This document shows, in pieces, positions 1 through 11,346 of a stretch of DNA of 64,000 nt (positions are counted from its first letter, which is position 1; every line of letters starts with the position of its first letter). This DNA is from Blasia pusilla (lineage: Eukaryota): assembly GCA_050084515.1 (NCBI GenBank), contig CM114271.1, positions 46,314,001 to 46,378,000 on the forward strand. Reading direction: 5' to 3'. The position numbers and the translations under genes are program-made. A model generated the notes under the pieces. It saw only the letters and a program-made list of their open reading frames with translations. It was not told where the DNA came from and did no database searches.

Positions 1-700
1 AATCTCTTAGGTGACCTCTCTGCAAGCCATACTTGCGTAAACCCCTCTTCACCGTCTGCACAACTCTCTCCGCTAATCCATCCGCCTCGGGATGATCTCG
101 CGAAGTCATGCGATGGTCGATCAGCGCCTGATCACACAAGGCTTGGAACTCACTTCGAAACTGAATACCCTGGTCTGTCAACACCTCAGCCAGTGCGCCA
201 TAATGACTCATCACTCTATCAAGGAAGGTATAAGCTATTCCCTTACTTGCTTTGTCAGGCAATGCAACCAACTCGATCCACTTCGAGAAGTGCTCGACCA
301 TCACCAACACGACTGTGACGCTCCGTCAAAGGCAAAAGTCCTGCAAAATCTAAACTCCATCTATACCCTAAGCCCATGATCGGTAATGGATGCAACTGTG
401 GAGTTAGAGCATTGAATGATGCTCGGAACCAATCACACACCATGCACATGGCAAAAAACTGGTGAACGTCAGTCTGCATGCCTCGCCACCAAATCTGAAT
501 CTGGAGCAAGCAGTACGTCCGCTTCACCCCAAAGTGACCCAACTCCTCATGGGCATGCTGCACTAGTCGTGCTCTATGCAAAGGATGCGGCACTATGCGT
601 ACTCTTCCATCCTCCCAAACCCTCAAAACATGTGTCCCCTCCCAACGGAACCGTCTGGCCCGCTGTAGGATCCGATTCCGCCACGGTGCTCGCAAGGCTT
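1..700 (-). pseudogene. Integrase N-terminal part (copy A)
   Basis: ORF 255-695 contains HAHEELGHFG...CMVC (HHCC zinc finger) and WSLDFAG; frameshifted downstream. Confidence 0.9.
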
Positions 701-993
701 CCAGTACGAAGGTACTCCAAGACTACTCCATCATCATGAATATCTCGGCCATCTGTCGTCTCCTCATTGGCCTCGGGATCCAAGGACTCTCTACTAGACC
801 TCGCCATCAAAGTCTCCACACTCTGGCTCTCCATAGCCAACATGCCTAAATAGGTTGACGTGTGCCATCCTGGCAGTGACTCCTCATCACTCTCTCCATG
901 CCATCGAGCTCCAGTCGCATCTCGCTGACTCGGGCATGGGTTACGACTCAACCCATCTGCATCCTGGTTGAGCGTCCCAGGTCTATGTACCAG

Positions 994-2290
994 CTAAAAA
1001 TCATACTCTTGCAACAACAAAGCCCATCTCGCAAGCTTCCATGTAAGCTTGTCGGACTCCATCAACCACTTCAGTGGTTGATGATCAGTGATGACGGTAA
1101 AGGGATTTCCGAATAAGTAACACATGAAATGCGCGACAACCCACACTGTAGCCAAGCACTCACCCTCATACAAGCTATACTTTGCCTCTGTAGCATTGTT
1201 TGAGCGGCTAGCGTAAGCCACCACGAACTCTCTACCCTCATCATCATGCTGGGTGAGCACCGCTCGAAGCCCCAACATGCTCCAATCTGTGTGCAACTGG
1301 AAAGGACGCCTCCTGATTGGTCTCCTCAAGATGGACGCGAACGTTAACCTGTCCTTGAGCAACTGAAATGCTCGTTCCTACTCACCCCCTTGTACAACTC
1401 GTGATCCACCTTGGTCAGCAAGGTCAGCGGCTTTGCAATCGAACTGAATCCCTTGACGTACCACCGATAGAAGTTCTCCAATCCCATGAATGCGCGAACA
1501 CGGCTCACATCTGTAGGGCATGGAATGCATGAGATAGCCTCTACCTTTGTTTGTTGAACACCAAGGCCCCATGGGTATATTGTATGACCAAAGTACTCAA
1601 TCTGGTCGTAGAAGAACTTGCACTTGCCTTGATGTAGCTTCAGCCCATGTAATTGCAATCGTCAAAACACCTCCTCTAGATGTCGCTCATGCTCCTCAAC
1701 CGTGGCGCTAAAGACTACGATGTCATCAATATAACACCTAGCAAAATCCAAACCAACCAAGATCCTATCCATGACCCTCTGAAACTCATCCGGGGCATTC
1801 TTTAACCCAAATGATAAGAACCGCCTCTGTAACAAACAATCCTTCCCGTGAGGATCGATGCCCCAAAATGCCGTCTTCTGCCTGTCCTCCAATCTGATAG
1901 GCAGCTGATGGTATCCAAATCGCAAATCCAATGAACTAAAAACCTTTCCATGACCAATCGCATCAAAGATCTCCTCAGGGGTGGGCATGGCATACCTATC
2001 GGACTCCGTCTGCCGATTGATAGGTCGGTACTCCCCACATATCCGACTATCCGTCCAGTTGCCATGCACATCCTTCTTGGCGGGCGTGACACTGGCAGAT
2101 GCATACTCCCCATGCGACATCTCCACTAGTCCTGCTCCAACCAAGTCCTGGCTCCTACTCTGAATCAACGCCCTCTCCATATCACTGTACTTGTAGGGTC
2201 GTCAGAAGATCGGCGTATCACTCGACAACTCAATGCGGATCCCTGGTCCCTTCAGCGTACCCAAATCCTTCATGCTAAATACAGAGCAAC
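994..2290 (-). pseudogene. Reverse transcriptase and RNase H (copy A)
   Basis: ORF 1662-2180 has LDLRFGYHQ, FGLKNAP and CYIDDIVVFS; 1344-1658 is the RT thumb region; 994-1362 has FQLHTDWS, VVAYASR and TDHQPLKW. Confidence 0.95.
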
Positions 2291-2729
2291 TCCTATAACT
2301 CCTAAGGAATTGATGTATTCGGCGCCGCTCTCCTCCTGTGAACTTAAGGCGCATATCTGGCTCCCAAGTCTCCATCATGACTACGGTAGGACTCTCCGAC
2401 GCGGATATCGGTGGTTGCTATGGTGCAACCCCGTCTCGAACAACAACACTCCACCGCTCTCATGTAGCCAACTGCAAACTCTGACCTCCTCCACATGTAG
2501 TGCACGGAACCACACTCGATGCTGTGGCTATCATCTCTTGGTGTACCTGCAAAACATCCCAAGAAGTCCAAGGGTGTCTCTCTCGATCTCCCCTAGTGTG
2601 TCGATCTTCTCGGGTCTCGCCCCCAGCCACTGCCTCCACCATCTCGGTAGGCATGGGGCTCACCAACGCAACTGTTGTGATCTGTCGCGATCTCATCCGA
2701 CGCTGCTCAACCACTCCCAAGTTCAAGAT

Positions 2730-3680
2730 CCATATCAAGTAGTTCAGGTCCATTGCCTGACCCAAGACATGGCATCGTGATGCCTCTGATACTAACGGGA
2801 CTACTGTCACTCCTTGGAGAAATCCCATCGCCCGCTCTCTCTTGTCGGCATTGGGCTCCACCAACCTTTGAACGTGGTCATCCCAAACCAAGCAAGGACC
2901 GACCTCCTTGTATGCATAGGAAGCGGGAAAAATCACAAACGTGGGAAAGGCTGCCCGCGGCTTGCCTACCCTGTTGACCACAATCAATGGTGGTCGATCA
3001 TCGTGCCTCACTGCCTGTGATTGACGACTTGGATCCAGATGGAATCCACTAATAAATGGGAGGGGCGCTCCACTCTTGCATACGCCCTCCGTAACACCGC
3101 ATGGGGCACCAAGTTGGTCCACCATAGACGCGGACAATGGGCTCTATAATCTACACTCACCGCATCCAAGAACACTGCTGGGCCGATCCAGGCACGCACC
3201 TGATGAGCACTCGTCACCACCCGTGACGTGAAGTCTCCTAAGATGGGAACATTCTCCAGAATGTAGGCTGGAGAACGAGATTGGTGCTCCTACAACTGCC
3301 GTAAGACCTCAATATCTCCCAAAACAACATGGACCGAGTATCAGCCAACCCGCTGCCTCGTCCAGCACTCAATTGGCCTTGATATGGCCAACCAGAAATG
3401 ACCAAATCAATGGTCCCTACCCGCTCTAAGTCCTGAGCCCCCAACAACAAAATATCGCTCGGTAGGAAACTCTGGTATCCCTGTACCGCGGACGCAGACA
3501 ATTAGTCGGGAAAACATAGGTGTAACTACGACACATGTTGTAGTGAGATGCGCCTCGCAACATCATCACTCTCCAGATACAGGTACTATTGTACTCGCAC
3601 TCTTGCCTGCAAAACAACAACTAACCCGGTGCTTATCCCTCCAAAGAGGTCTAACACTTGAATACCCTTCTCCGAGATAC
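2730..3680 (-). pseudogene. DNMT3-like C5 cytosine methyltransferase domain in pol (copy A)
   Basis: Motif I IQVLDLFGGISTGL; motif IV IDLVISGWPYQG (catalytic Cys read as TAT at 3382-3384); motif VI ILENVP; motif VIII AHCPRLWWTNL; motifs IX/X ERAMGF...HVLGQAMDL. Split across frames. Confidence 0.9.
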
Positions 3681-3995
3681 ACCACACAATAGGTGTGGTA
3701 TCCAAGGGTGTCATCGTAGCACTCCCTGCTACCTCGGGTTCCTCAGACCCGTCATGCTTTGGTGCAAACGCCTCGCTCCACGTGGTTTGCACGTGCTCAT
3801 CTGCCAATCGTCGAAGCTCCTCAATTGAGCCCCACAGCGGCACCTCTCCTCCACGGAATTATGCGGCTACCATAACACTCCTCTCCATAGAAATGTCAGG
3901 AACGGGAGTATCCTCTGCATGGACATGTCCCTCAATCAAATCACTGCACATGTGAATTGAATGGGTAATGAGCTAAGGCGCCCATCACCTGACTG

Positions 3996-4400
3996 CTATC
4001 CTGGTCTGTAGGACGCTGACTCTTCCCAGTAATCTAGGGAAAACCCCATCGGGTATAACACTACTCCACCAACCAAGACGTCGTAGGACTGTGCATTAGT
4101 CACTATCGCCTTGGCTCGCACCATGGACTCATCTGTAGGATGTCCCGGGAGAATCCTCACCATGACCTCCTCTCGGGTGATATACTGTGTGATACTCGCT
4201 CCACCCAAGGATGTCCGTATCCGGAATGGATAACGCTCCACATCGGCTCTCGTCAAGCCTAATCCTCTGAATGACGCTTTCCCCAACATCAAGGGTTGCG
4301 CTCTTGAATCCAACAAGACGCGATGCGGACTGAAAGCTCTACCTCCGGGACTCACCAATTGGAAGACCTCTCCTTGGTTATCCAGAAACACAATACCAGG
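3996..4400 (-). pseudogene. Retroviral-type aspartic protease (copy A)
   Basis: RVLLDSRAQPLMLG (LLDSGAQ in the copy at 31316-31525) and YDVLVG. Confidence 0.8.
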
Positions 4401-5229
4401 AGAAGCCATGGCACGCTCTATCGCGGGTCTAGCAGACATCTCCGCCATCCTAGCAGCCGCAACCTGCCATGAATCTGACATGGACGGCCCGAGGATTCGC
4501 TCCAAGGGCAGGTCCATCACCTCCTCTGCACTCACCTCTGAATGTGATGCAGGAACTCCAACTCCACGCCACATACCGTAGCGGCCAGCCGAAAAGCCTC
4601 GGCGGGCGTACTCCCCAATGTCATAACATCAAAAGCATAAAATAAAGGAGCGCAGTACACCATGGTCGCTGTCCCCAACAACGTGCTCAACACATGCCCC
4701 TCGTGAGCATCAACAATAGGAGTCGTCGCACTCACTTCTCCCATCGCCCTCCGTGCCTGCACACCAACAACGTCACCGACTCTCCAGGAACTCTGATCAT
4801 GACCCATCGATGGGGTCCTCATTGCCTCGGACAACGTGAAAGACTGAGGAAGCCTAGTCTATTTCTTGGCTTCCCCTCGTTGTGGATCCAACTCTGCGGC
4901 TGCTCTACGCGTCACAACTACGGCGGCCTCCATCTGGGCAACCCCGCACATCCAACCTGGATCCTCCATATCTCTAGCTTCTCCATATGATGTCGATGCC
5001 ACGGATCCAACGTTGGGTAATCTCAATGCCATAGCGGCAATCTGCTCTTGTAGTTGATGTATCTGAGCAACCATCGTAGCCTCACGCCCGACATCTCCCT
5101 CGACGCGTCTAGGTGGTAAGACTCTAACTCCTCCATGGGCAGCTCCACCACCCTGTCGGGCAACTCCAGCTCCTCGTCCCCCAACGGGACCACCTGGTGC
5201 ACAATCTCTAGGCCCACCCGGACCGGCTA

Positions 5230-6560
5230 CTCGCTTTGGTGCCCTCTCTAGCCCTCGGTCCGGACGTAACTCAGGATGTAAACTGAAACACCTCGCGCAT
5301 GTATGACAATAGTCACACTGATAACCTCACGGTGCATCACCATCTCCTCCTCCATGAGGAAGCACACGTCCATGACCCTGACAAGTGCAATCGCGCTGAT
5401 GATGGGCTCCACCACATGACCAACAAGTAATAGTAGGTGGCTGCTACTGAGCCGCATATGAAGGCGCAGGTCTTTGTGGCACAACCTCCCGGTGTCCTCC
5501 TTGAGCTCGTGGTGTCACAATCGACCTATCTTGGAGTCCACGTTGCTGCACAGGTAGTGCAGACAATCGTGACTCCTCTCATCCAGAACCCATGGTGGCT
5601 ACGCTCTCCTCCGCCATGTTGCGCTCAATGTTCTCGGCGGTCCTAAAAACATCTGTTGACGTAGGGGAGGTGTTCATAAGAAGCACCCCTTCCCGCACCC
5701 GTGTCCGTAGGGTCCGGTCCAACATCGCGTACCATGACTGGATAGCGTGAGCCTCTATCACCCCGTGAGTGACGTTGATCAACCGGCGTAAGCGAGTGTA
5801 AGCCTCACACAAACTCTCACCTGGGTGCCTCTGGAAGTCGTGGATGCTCCGCAACTTCTCCGTCCGTACCCCTTGGTAGCTCGCCCTCAACTCAGCAAAG
5901 AACTCAACCAGAGGGTTGAACCTGGGACGAACCCAACTAGACGGTGCAACTGCTCCCGTGCAAGTGACCCCTCCTAAATGTCACTAGTGGAAGAGGAAGT
6001 AGCCTCTTCTGACTCCTCCTCCTCATCTGGGAATGGCTCCGTCCATGACACATAATGTGGGTCAAAGTAGAGCCTCCACGCCTCGATCTCACGTGCATAT
6101 CTCTGAGAGAACTCTTGATAATCATCCATGCTGGAACATACCGTTCCATGTTGTAAACGGACTGAACTCTCTAGAGTTCCTGGCCTGTTGGGAGTCGCAC
6201 CAACTCCTAAACTTTGCTATGAAATCGTGCAACTCAATCGTGCCTATTGCACCCTGCACCTGCAACCCTAAACCCTAAACCCTAAACCCTAAACCTACCT
6301 GAGCCTACGTGGTCCTCTACCCCGATCGTCCATCTCGTACGCCCAACTGGTAGGACCACTCACAATGTGTGGCGATATACTCACAAACTCCTCTACACGC
6401 TTCCCCTCGTCTAAAGACGACACAGAAGGAGATCGAGGTGGTCTCTCACGTGGAGACCCTCGAAACCTCACACCACTCCGGGTAAACCCTCTAGAGCTAC
6501 TCTCAGGTCCACTACCTCGCCTCTCAAAATCCTGAAAGGACGCCGTGATGACCCTCGTGC
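5230..6560 (-). pseudogene. gag (copy A)
   Basis: FQRHPGESLCEAYTRLRRL retrotransposon-gag motif (5579-5890); zinc-knuckle remnant SCGGAHHQRDC near 5390-5425. Confidence 0.8.
6266..6293 (+). repeat. Interstitial plant telomeric repeat (CCCTAAA)x4
   Basis: Four perfect CCCTAAA units read directly. Confidence 0.95.
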
Positions 6561-7619
6561 CCCTCTCACACGATCTTTCAACCTCGCGAGTAATCCCTCA
6601 ATCACTCATCCCAAACATGCAGCACTCGATCTACACTCTCCCTCCCCGAGATGTGTAACGTGCGGCAACAAGCGGCGTGGTGCGGCGAATTGACCAGACT
6701 ATCATCACATCGACAACCTACCCTCAACTCCGGACATCCCACACAGATCTATGTCCCCTAAACCACATATATAAATGATGCTCTCAACATCCACACACCC
6801 AATATCCCCAAATAAACTACCCAAATCCCAGTATCCCTCACACGTGCAAGATAAAGGACCACAATGGATAACCTGAACACATGTCGATGTCGCTCCTCAG
6901 CAACTGCAAATATCGACCAAAACTCGGTCGTGGAGATAACTCCTCCAATCATCAAGTCAAACTCCTCCCGTACTGACGTTGCTTAAAACTCCTTGATGGA
7001 CAGTGCGGTTCCAGCGGAACGGAACGGCTACGAACGGCATGACCCTCGATGGTGGGATGCGGCACTCGGCGGCATACCCTCCTCAATCAACAATAAACCC
7101 ACACTTTGCTCCACAATGACGGTGCGGTGCGGCCACGAGCGGCAATCCGCGGCGCGTTGCGGCTACGGGCGTCACGGGATAATACTCGATCGTCGTCGAG
7201 CGGCTATCAATCACAATATAGCAGCATGAAATCAAAACTCAAACACCATAACCGGAGGCCATCTACCATCACTGGTTGATGACAAAACTGCGATGACGGT
7301 GGCGGCCAACCAAAATACGTAGTGGCAGCGCAAGTGAGAGGATCAACGGTGGTTGTGGAAGACCCTCCACTTTGTAATGGCGGCAATGGCAACCAAAGGG
7401 TGGACAACGACCGAATGCAGCTGTGAGCAACGCTAGGCAACGGCAATGGCTAACGGTGGCCCGTGGCCGGTGGACCATTGACGGTGATGGTTGACCGTTG
7501 ACTAGTGACGGTGACTATGACGGCGACGGGCGCCGCCGGCGTGGCGGGTGGTTTAGGGTTTGAACAATTTAATCCTAAAAATTGCCTAGCAATGGCAGTT
7601 TTGCAAGATTGACCATAAC

Positions 7620-8562
7620 TAAATGCAACTCCAAATTGCGCACCGTTTGTTGCACATCGTGCACAGCTTCACGATCTACAACAACGTCAAAAAATATTTG
7701 GAATTGGACATTCCAATAAAAACCAAAGGGGATTGTCGTAAAGCCCATTGTCTCTTTCTCCTAGACAAAATTTGGCAGCGCTTCCGCGCTGATTTCTCCC
7801 AACCAAAATGTAAAACCTGTAAAAATACAAACCAGCAAGCTACATGTTGCTCCCGAGAGCACCGGCATGGGGCAACCCGCCCCCATAATCAATTCCTATC
7901 AGAAATTGGGCAGCGCTTCTGCGCGCCACTCTTCCACACGAAAAATCGGCAAATGCAAAGAACAATCAAATCAGCCCTTGCTCCGGTGAGCACTCCCATG
8001 AGCCGGTCAATGGGGAACACGGTCCCCAACCTGCAAAAATAGGGAGTGACCAGCGAGCTCCCCCATGAAGCTCTCTCACTCTCTCTTTGTAAAGTAAGAT
8101 CCAATCTCTCTCTACACCATCTCACACCATAGCTCTCAAAGGTGTGCACTCTCTCTCATGTCAAACCAAACCCACTCTCCTAATGATAGGCTTGGGTTAC
8201 ACTCACAAGGCAAGGGACCATAGCTCCATCGCCTCATGCCAAAAGGTTCAACAAAGAGAGAATGAGCTCTTAAGCTCTCTCTCCTTGAAGTATACCCCTC
8301 CCCTCTCCCAAGCTCTCTCCATGATGTAGGAGGTCAAGGGCCACTTACCAAAAATAGAAAGTTGATCATATATTCAAAATGGTACTTACCTAAAATAATA
8401 AGTTCCTCAATATGGCTTCAAATGAGCCAAAACGAAGGGGAAACCTGCTCTCTCAGGTTTCTCGGGGCCTCAACAGGTCATCCTCGACCTACTGAGTGTG
8501 TCCTCCACTACTCACAAAGGCACTCTACTAGATCTCATAAATATATCCTAAAAGATATGACA
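7620..8562 (-). repeat. 5' LTR-like terminal repeat of copy A (inner boundary uncertain)
   Basis: Homologous to 62670-63623 and, inverted, to 42112-42437. All three begin at the same TGTC terminus, where similarity stops. Confidence 0.8.
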
Positions 8563-9654
8563 CTAGAAACAGAGCACAAGAGCGAGAGGGAAAAGCCCGA
8601 AAACTAGATTGGAGGAGTGAGAGCGCGGGAGAACACGAGAGCGAAGGGGCGCTCGTGCTTGCTATTGTCGACGGCTAGGGAACCGAGGGAGAGCGCTTAA
8701 TTGTAGATGGTGCGAGGTGGGGAAGGGAGCTCGAATGCACATGTCGAGGGAGGGAGGCACGAAGGGGCGCTCGCTTGATTGCGGATGGCGAGAAGGCAAG
8801 GAGGAGGGCTTGCACACTCGCTTGACGGAGGTGGGAGGAGCGCAAGCACAAGGGTGCTCGCACTCGCTCAACTCGAGATGGAGAGGACTGCAAACAGGGA
8901 AGAGGTGGGCGAGGAGACCCTCGTAGAGTTGCAAGAGCAAGTGATTGAGATGGACAACAAGAAGGCAGGAAGGAGCGCGAGTGATCGAGAGCATAGGACG
9001 ATAAGTCGAGGAGGAGCGCGAGCACACGGGTGCTCGCGCTCGCTCGATTGCAGACGTGGAAGAGGCGGGAAAAAGACAATCGCGTAGGATCAAGAGCAGA
9101 GTAGCCCTCCGCTTAAGTGCTTCCGTGAGCGAGCCAGAGCGAAAATGGCCGGAGTGAGGTCTGCCCCAACCACCTCATTTTCCGCTCCAAGTGGCGATGA
9201 CGGGGGAAAGATTGTTAAAGGCCGCAACGAGATCTCACCGTCCTATCTCGCTGCCCTAAATTGTACAGTGGGAGGGCGAGACTTCTCGACGAGATTGCCC
9301 CATCCCATCTCGGTGACTTGAATCCAACGGCCTACAGGGTGGGATGGTTCGGGCGAGGTCAGACCGTTCGATCTTTACGCCTTCGATCTAACGGGGGCCT
9401 GAGGGAGGGCGCGCTTCTATGGCCGAGATTGGGCCGTCCGATCTAGCTGCCCCGGATCTGACGGTGGTGTTAACAATCTAGAGTGGGTGGATTTTGATCG
9501 TCACATCAGAAAAAAAGTTAGGACGATACAGATTCATTCACATCTATCGATCGTTCCCCCTTCTTTATATTTAAATTAAAATATATAATTTAAAATATAT
9601 GAAAAAATAAAAATGTAGTTTATATAATTTAGAATATAGTTAAAATTTTCTATG

Positions 9655-9875
9655 TAATCAATTTTTTCCTATTCTAATTCTAAAATACTTTCCCCCTTTT
9701 TCCATCCTCTTTCTTTTTCCCTTCCTTTCTCTTTAAAAAATTCCATAATCAATTATTTTCTTTTCCTATTCTAATTCTAATTTTCCCCTCTATTTTTACT
9801 CCCCTTTCCTTTTTTCCCTTCTTTTCTCTTTAAAAAAGATCTATAATCAATTCTTTTCTTTTCCTATTCTAATTT
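9655..9875. repeat. AT-rich degenerate tandem repeat, about 95-bp period, 3 units
   Basis: TAATCAATT...TTCCTATTCTAATT recurs near 9655, 9747 and 9844. Confidence 0.7.
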
Positions 9876-10541
9876 CATTAAAAAAAATTCTCTACCATAT
9901 AGAAATTTCTAAATAAAATTCTAAATTGAATCTTCTTGCAGATACTACTTGCTCATGGTTACCTTCCCTTTTGTTTCCCAGTCTAATTTTATTTTATTTT
10001 TTTACAATTTTCCCTTGTTAATTTTCTTATGTGTGTTTTAACATATTACTCTATTATATATGCCCACAAAATGGCTGGGGGGATGGAAAATTGTGCACTT
10101 TGTGATATTACAAATTTACCTCTTAGCTAATGGTGAGGGGAAGCACCTCTCACTCCATCAATCCCAATATCTCCAACATATGGTGCCCAAATTCATTTAA
10201 TCTCTTTTTGTTGTTGTGTTTTTATTTGTCTTTTTGTTTCATTGCATATTTTTCATGTATCTATATAATTTATGGTTGGCCTTATTGTACAGACTCCCTC
10301 TTCCTTAAAAATCTTATGGCATTATCGATTATCGAAAAGTGCTTCGTGCCAAGGGCCAAAAAAGAAATGGAGCCATTTGTGCTCAAACCCTAGGAGAGCG
10401 AAGGAAACGACAACCTCATGTCCTCATTGAATCATCTCTCACGTATATTCAGCATATGGATGATAGATCGCACTTTCCATTCTAATGCTTTCTAGCCTTT
10501 ATAGCTTGCTCACCCTAATTAGTTTTGTATCATACTAACTA

Positions 10542-11269
10542 TGTTGTGCGTATACTTATCGCTACACAACATACATCGTTCGTCACATCCAGACCACACA
10601 AAACCGATCTTCCCTACACACGGGTAGATCCACACATGTACAGAAATCAACTCATACATATACATGGAGATCACACAACAAAAATGAAGAGTAGTAAAAA
10701 TGGCACATCCGGCCTAAAACTCCACTCCTCAATCTACATCGGCATATCGAGCCTCGTCCACCCTGTGCTATCAAGGAATCTAGACGCTAGCACCTAGTCC
10801 TAACTCACATTCATGAGAAAGATGGCTTGGGAAAGCAATCTTCCTCCCTTATATAGGGTTGGGAAGAGCCAAAAGGTTCTTCCCCTAAAAATAGCCATCC
10901 TCCTGGTAACCTAAGCGCACAGGTTACCAGGGGCGAGTGGCCTGCTCAACAAGTCATCCGGTTGTGAAAGACTTCAACAGGAAAGTTGTCAGAAATGATG
11001 TTCCTATCACAACGGACCTATCCTCAACCTCATTCAACACCTCGGGACAAAGTTACACTCAAGACAGTACGCTAGCTCCTATGCCCTATCCACGATAGAT
11101 CTCGAACTATCGGCTACTTAGATGTGACAGTTGTCGTGTGCATACACATCGCTACATAACATACATCGTTGGTCACATCCACACCACACAACATCGATCT
11201 TCCCTACACATGGGTAGATCCTCACATATAAAGAAATCAACTCATACATATATATGGAGATTACACAAC
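10542..11269 (-). repeat. 3' terminal repeat region of DNMT-Gypsy copy B, with a 138-bp module at both ends
   Basis: 10542-10679 matches 11132-11269. TG/CA termini, a TATA-like CCCTATATAAGGG near 10850 (minus) and a purine tract at 11270-11279. Confidence 0.8.
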
Positions 11270-11346
11270 CGCCCCCCTAGCTAGCAGTTGGATCCTCCTA
11301 ACTCCATATAGAAAATATCACATCTCCCTGACATGACTTACTACCC

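Larger units (their letters stand above)
1..8562 (-). mobile_element. Ty3/Gypsy LTR retrotransposon carrying a C5-cytosine methyltransferase (copy A), degenerate, 3' end outside the window
   Basis: Collinear minus-strand remnants: 5' repeat starting TGTCA at 8562, gag with Cys/His knuckles, protease LLDSRAQ, DNMT motifs, RT YIDD, RNase H, integrase HHCC plus SLDFAG. The order RT-RH-IN is Gypsy-type. Confidence 0.92.

Noticed and set aside
8662-9093. Several overlapping ORFs of 70-140 aa
   Set aside because: Low-complexity, GC/purine-rich sequence open in many frames; no recognisable domain.
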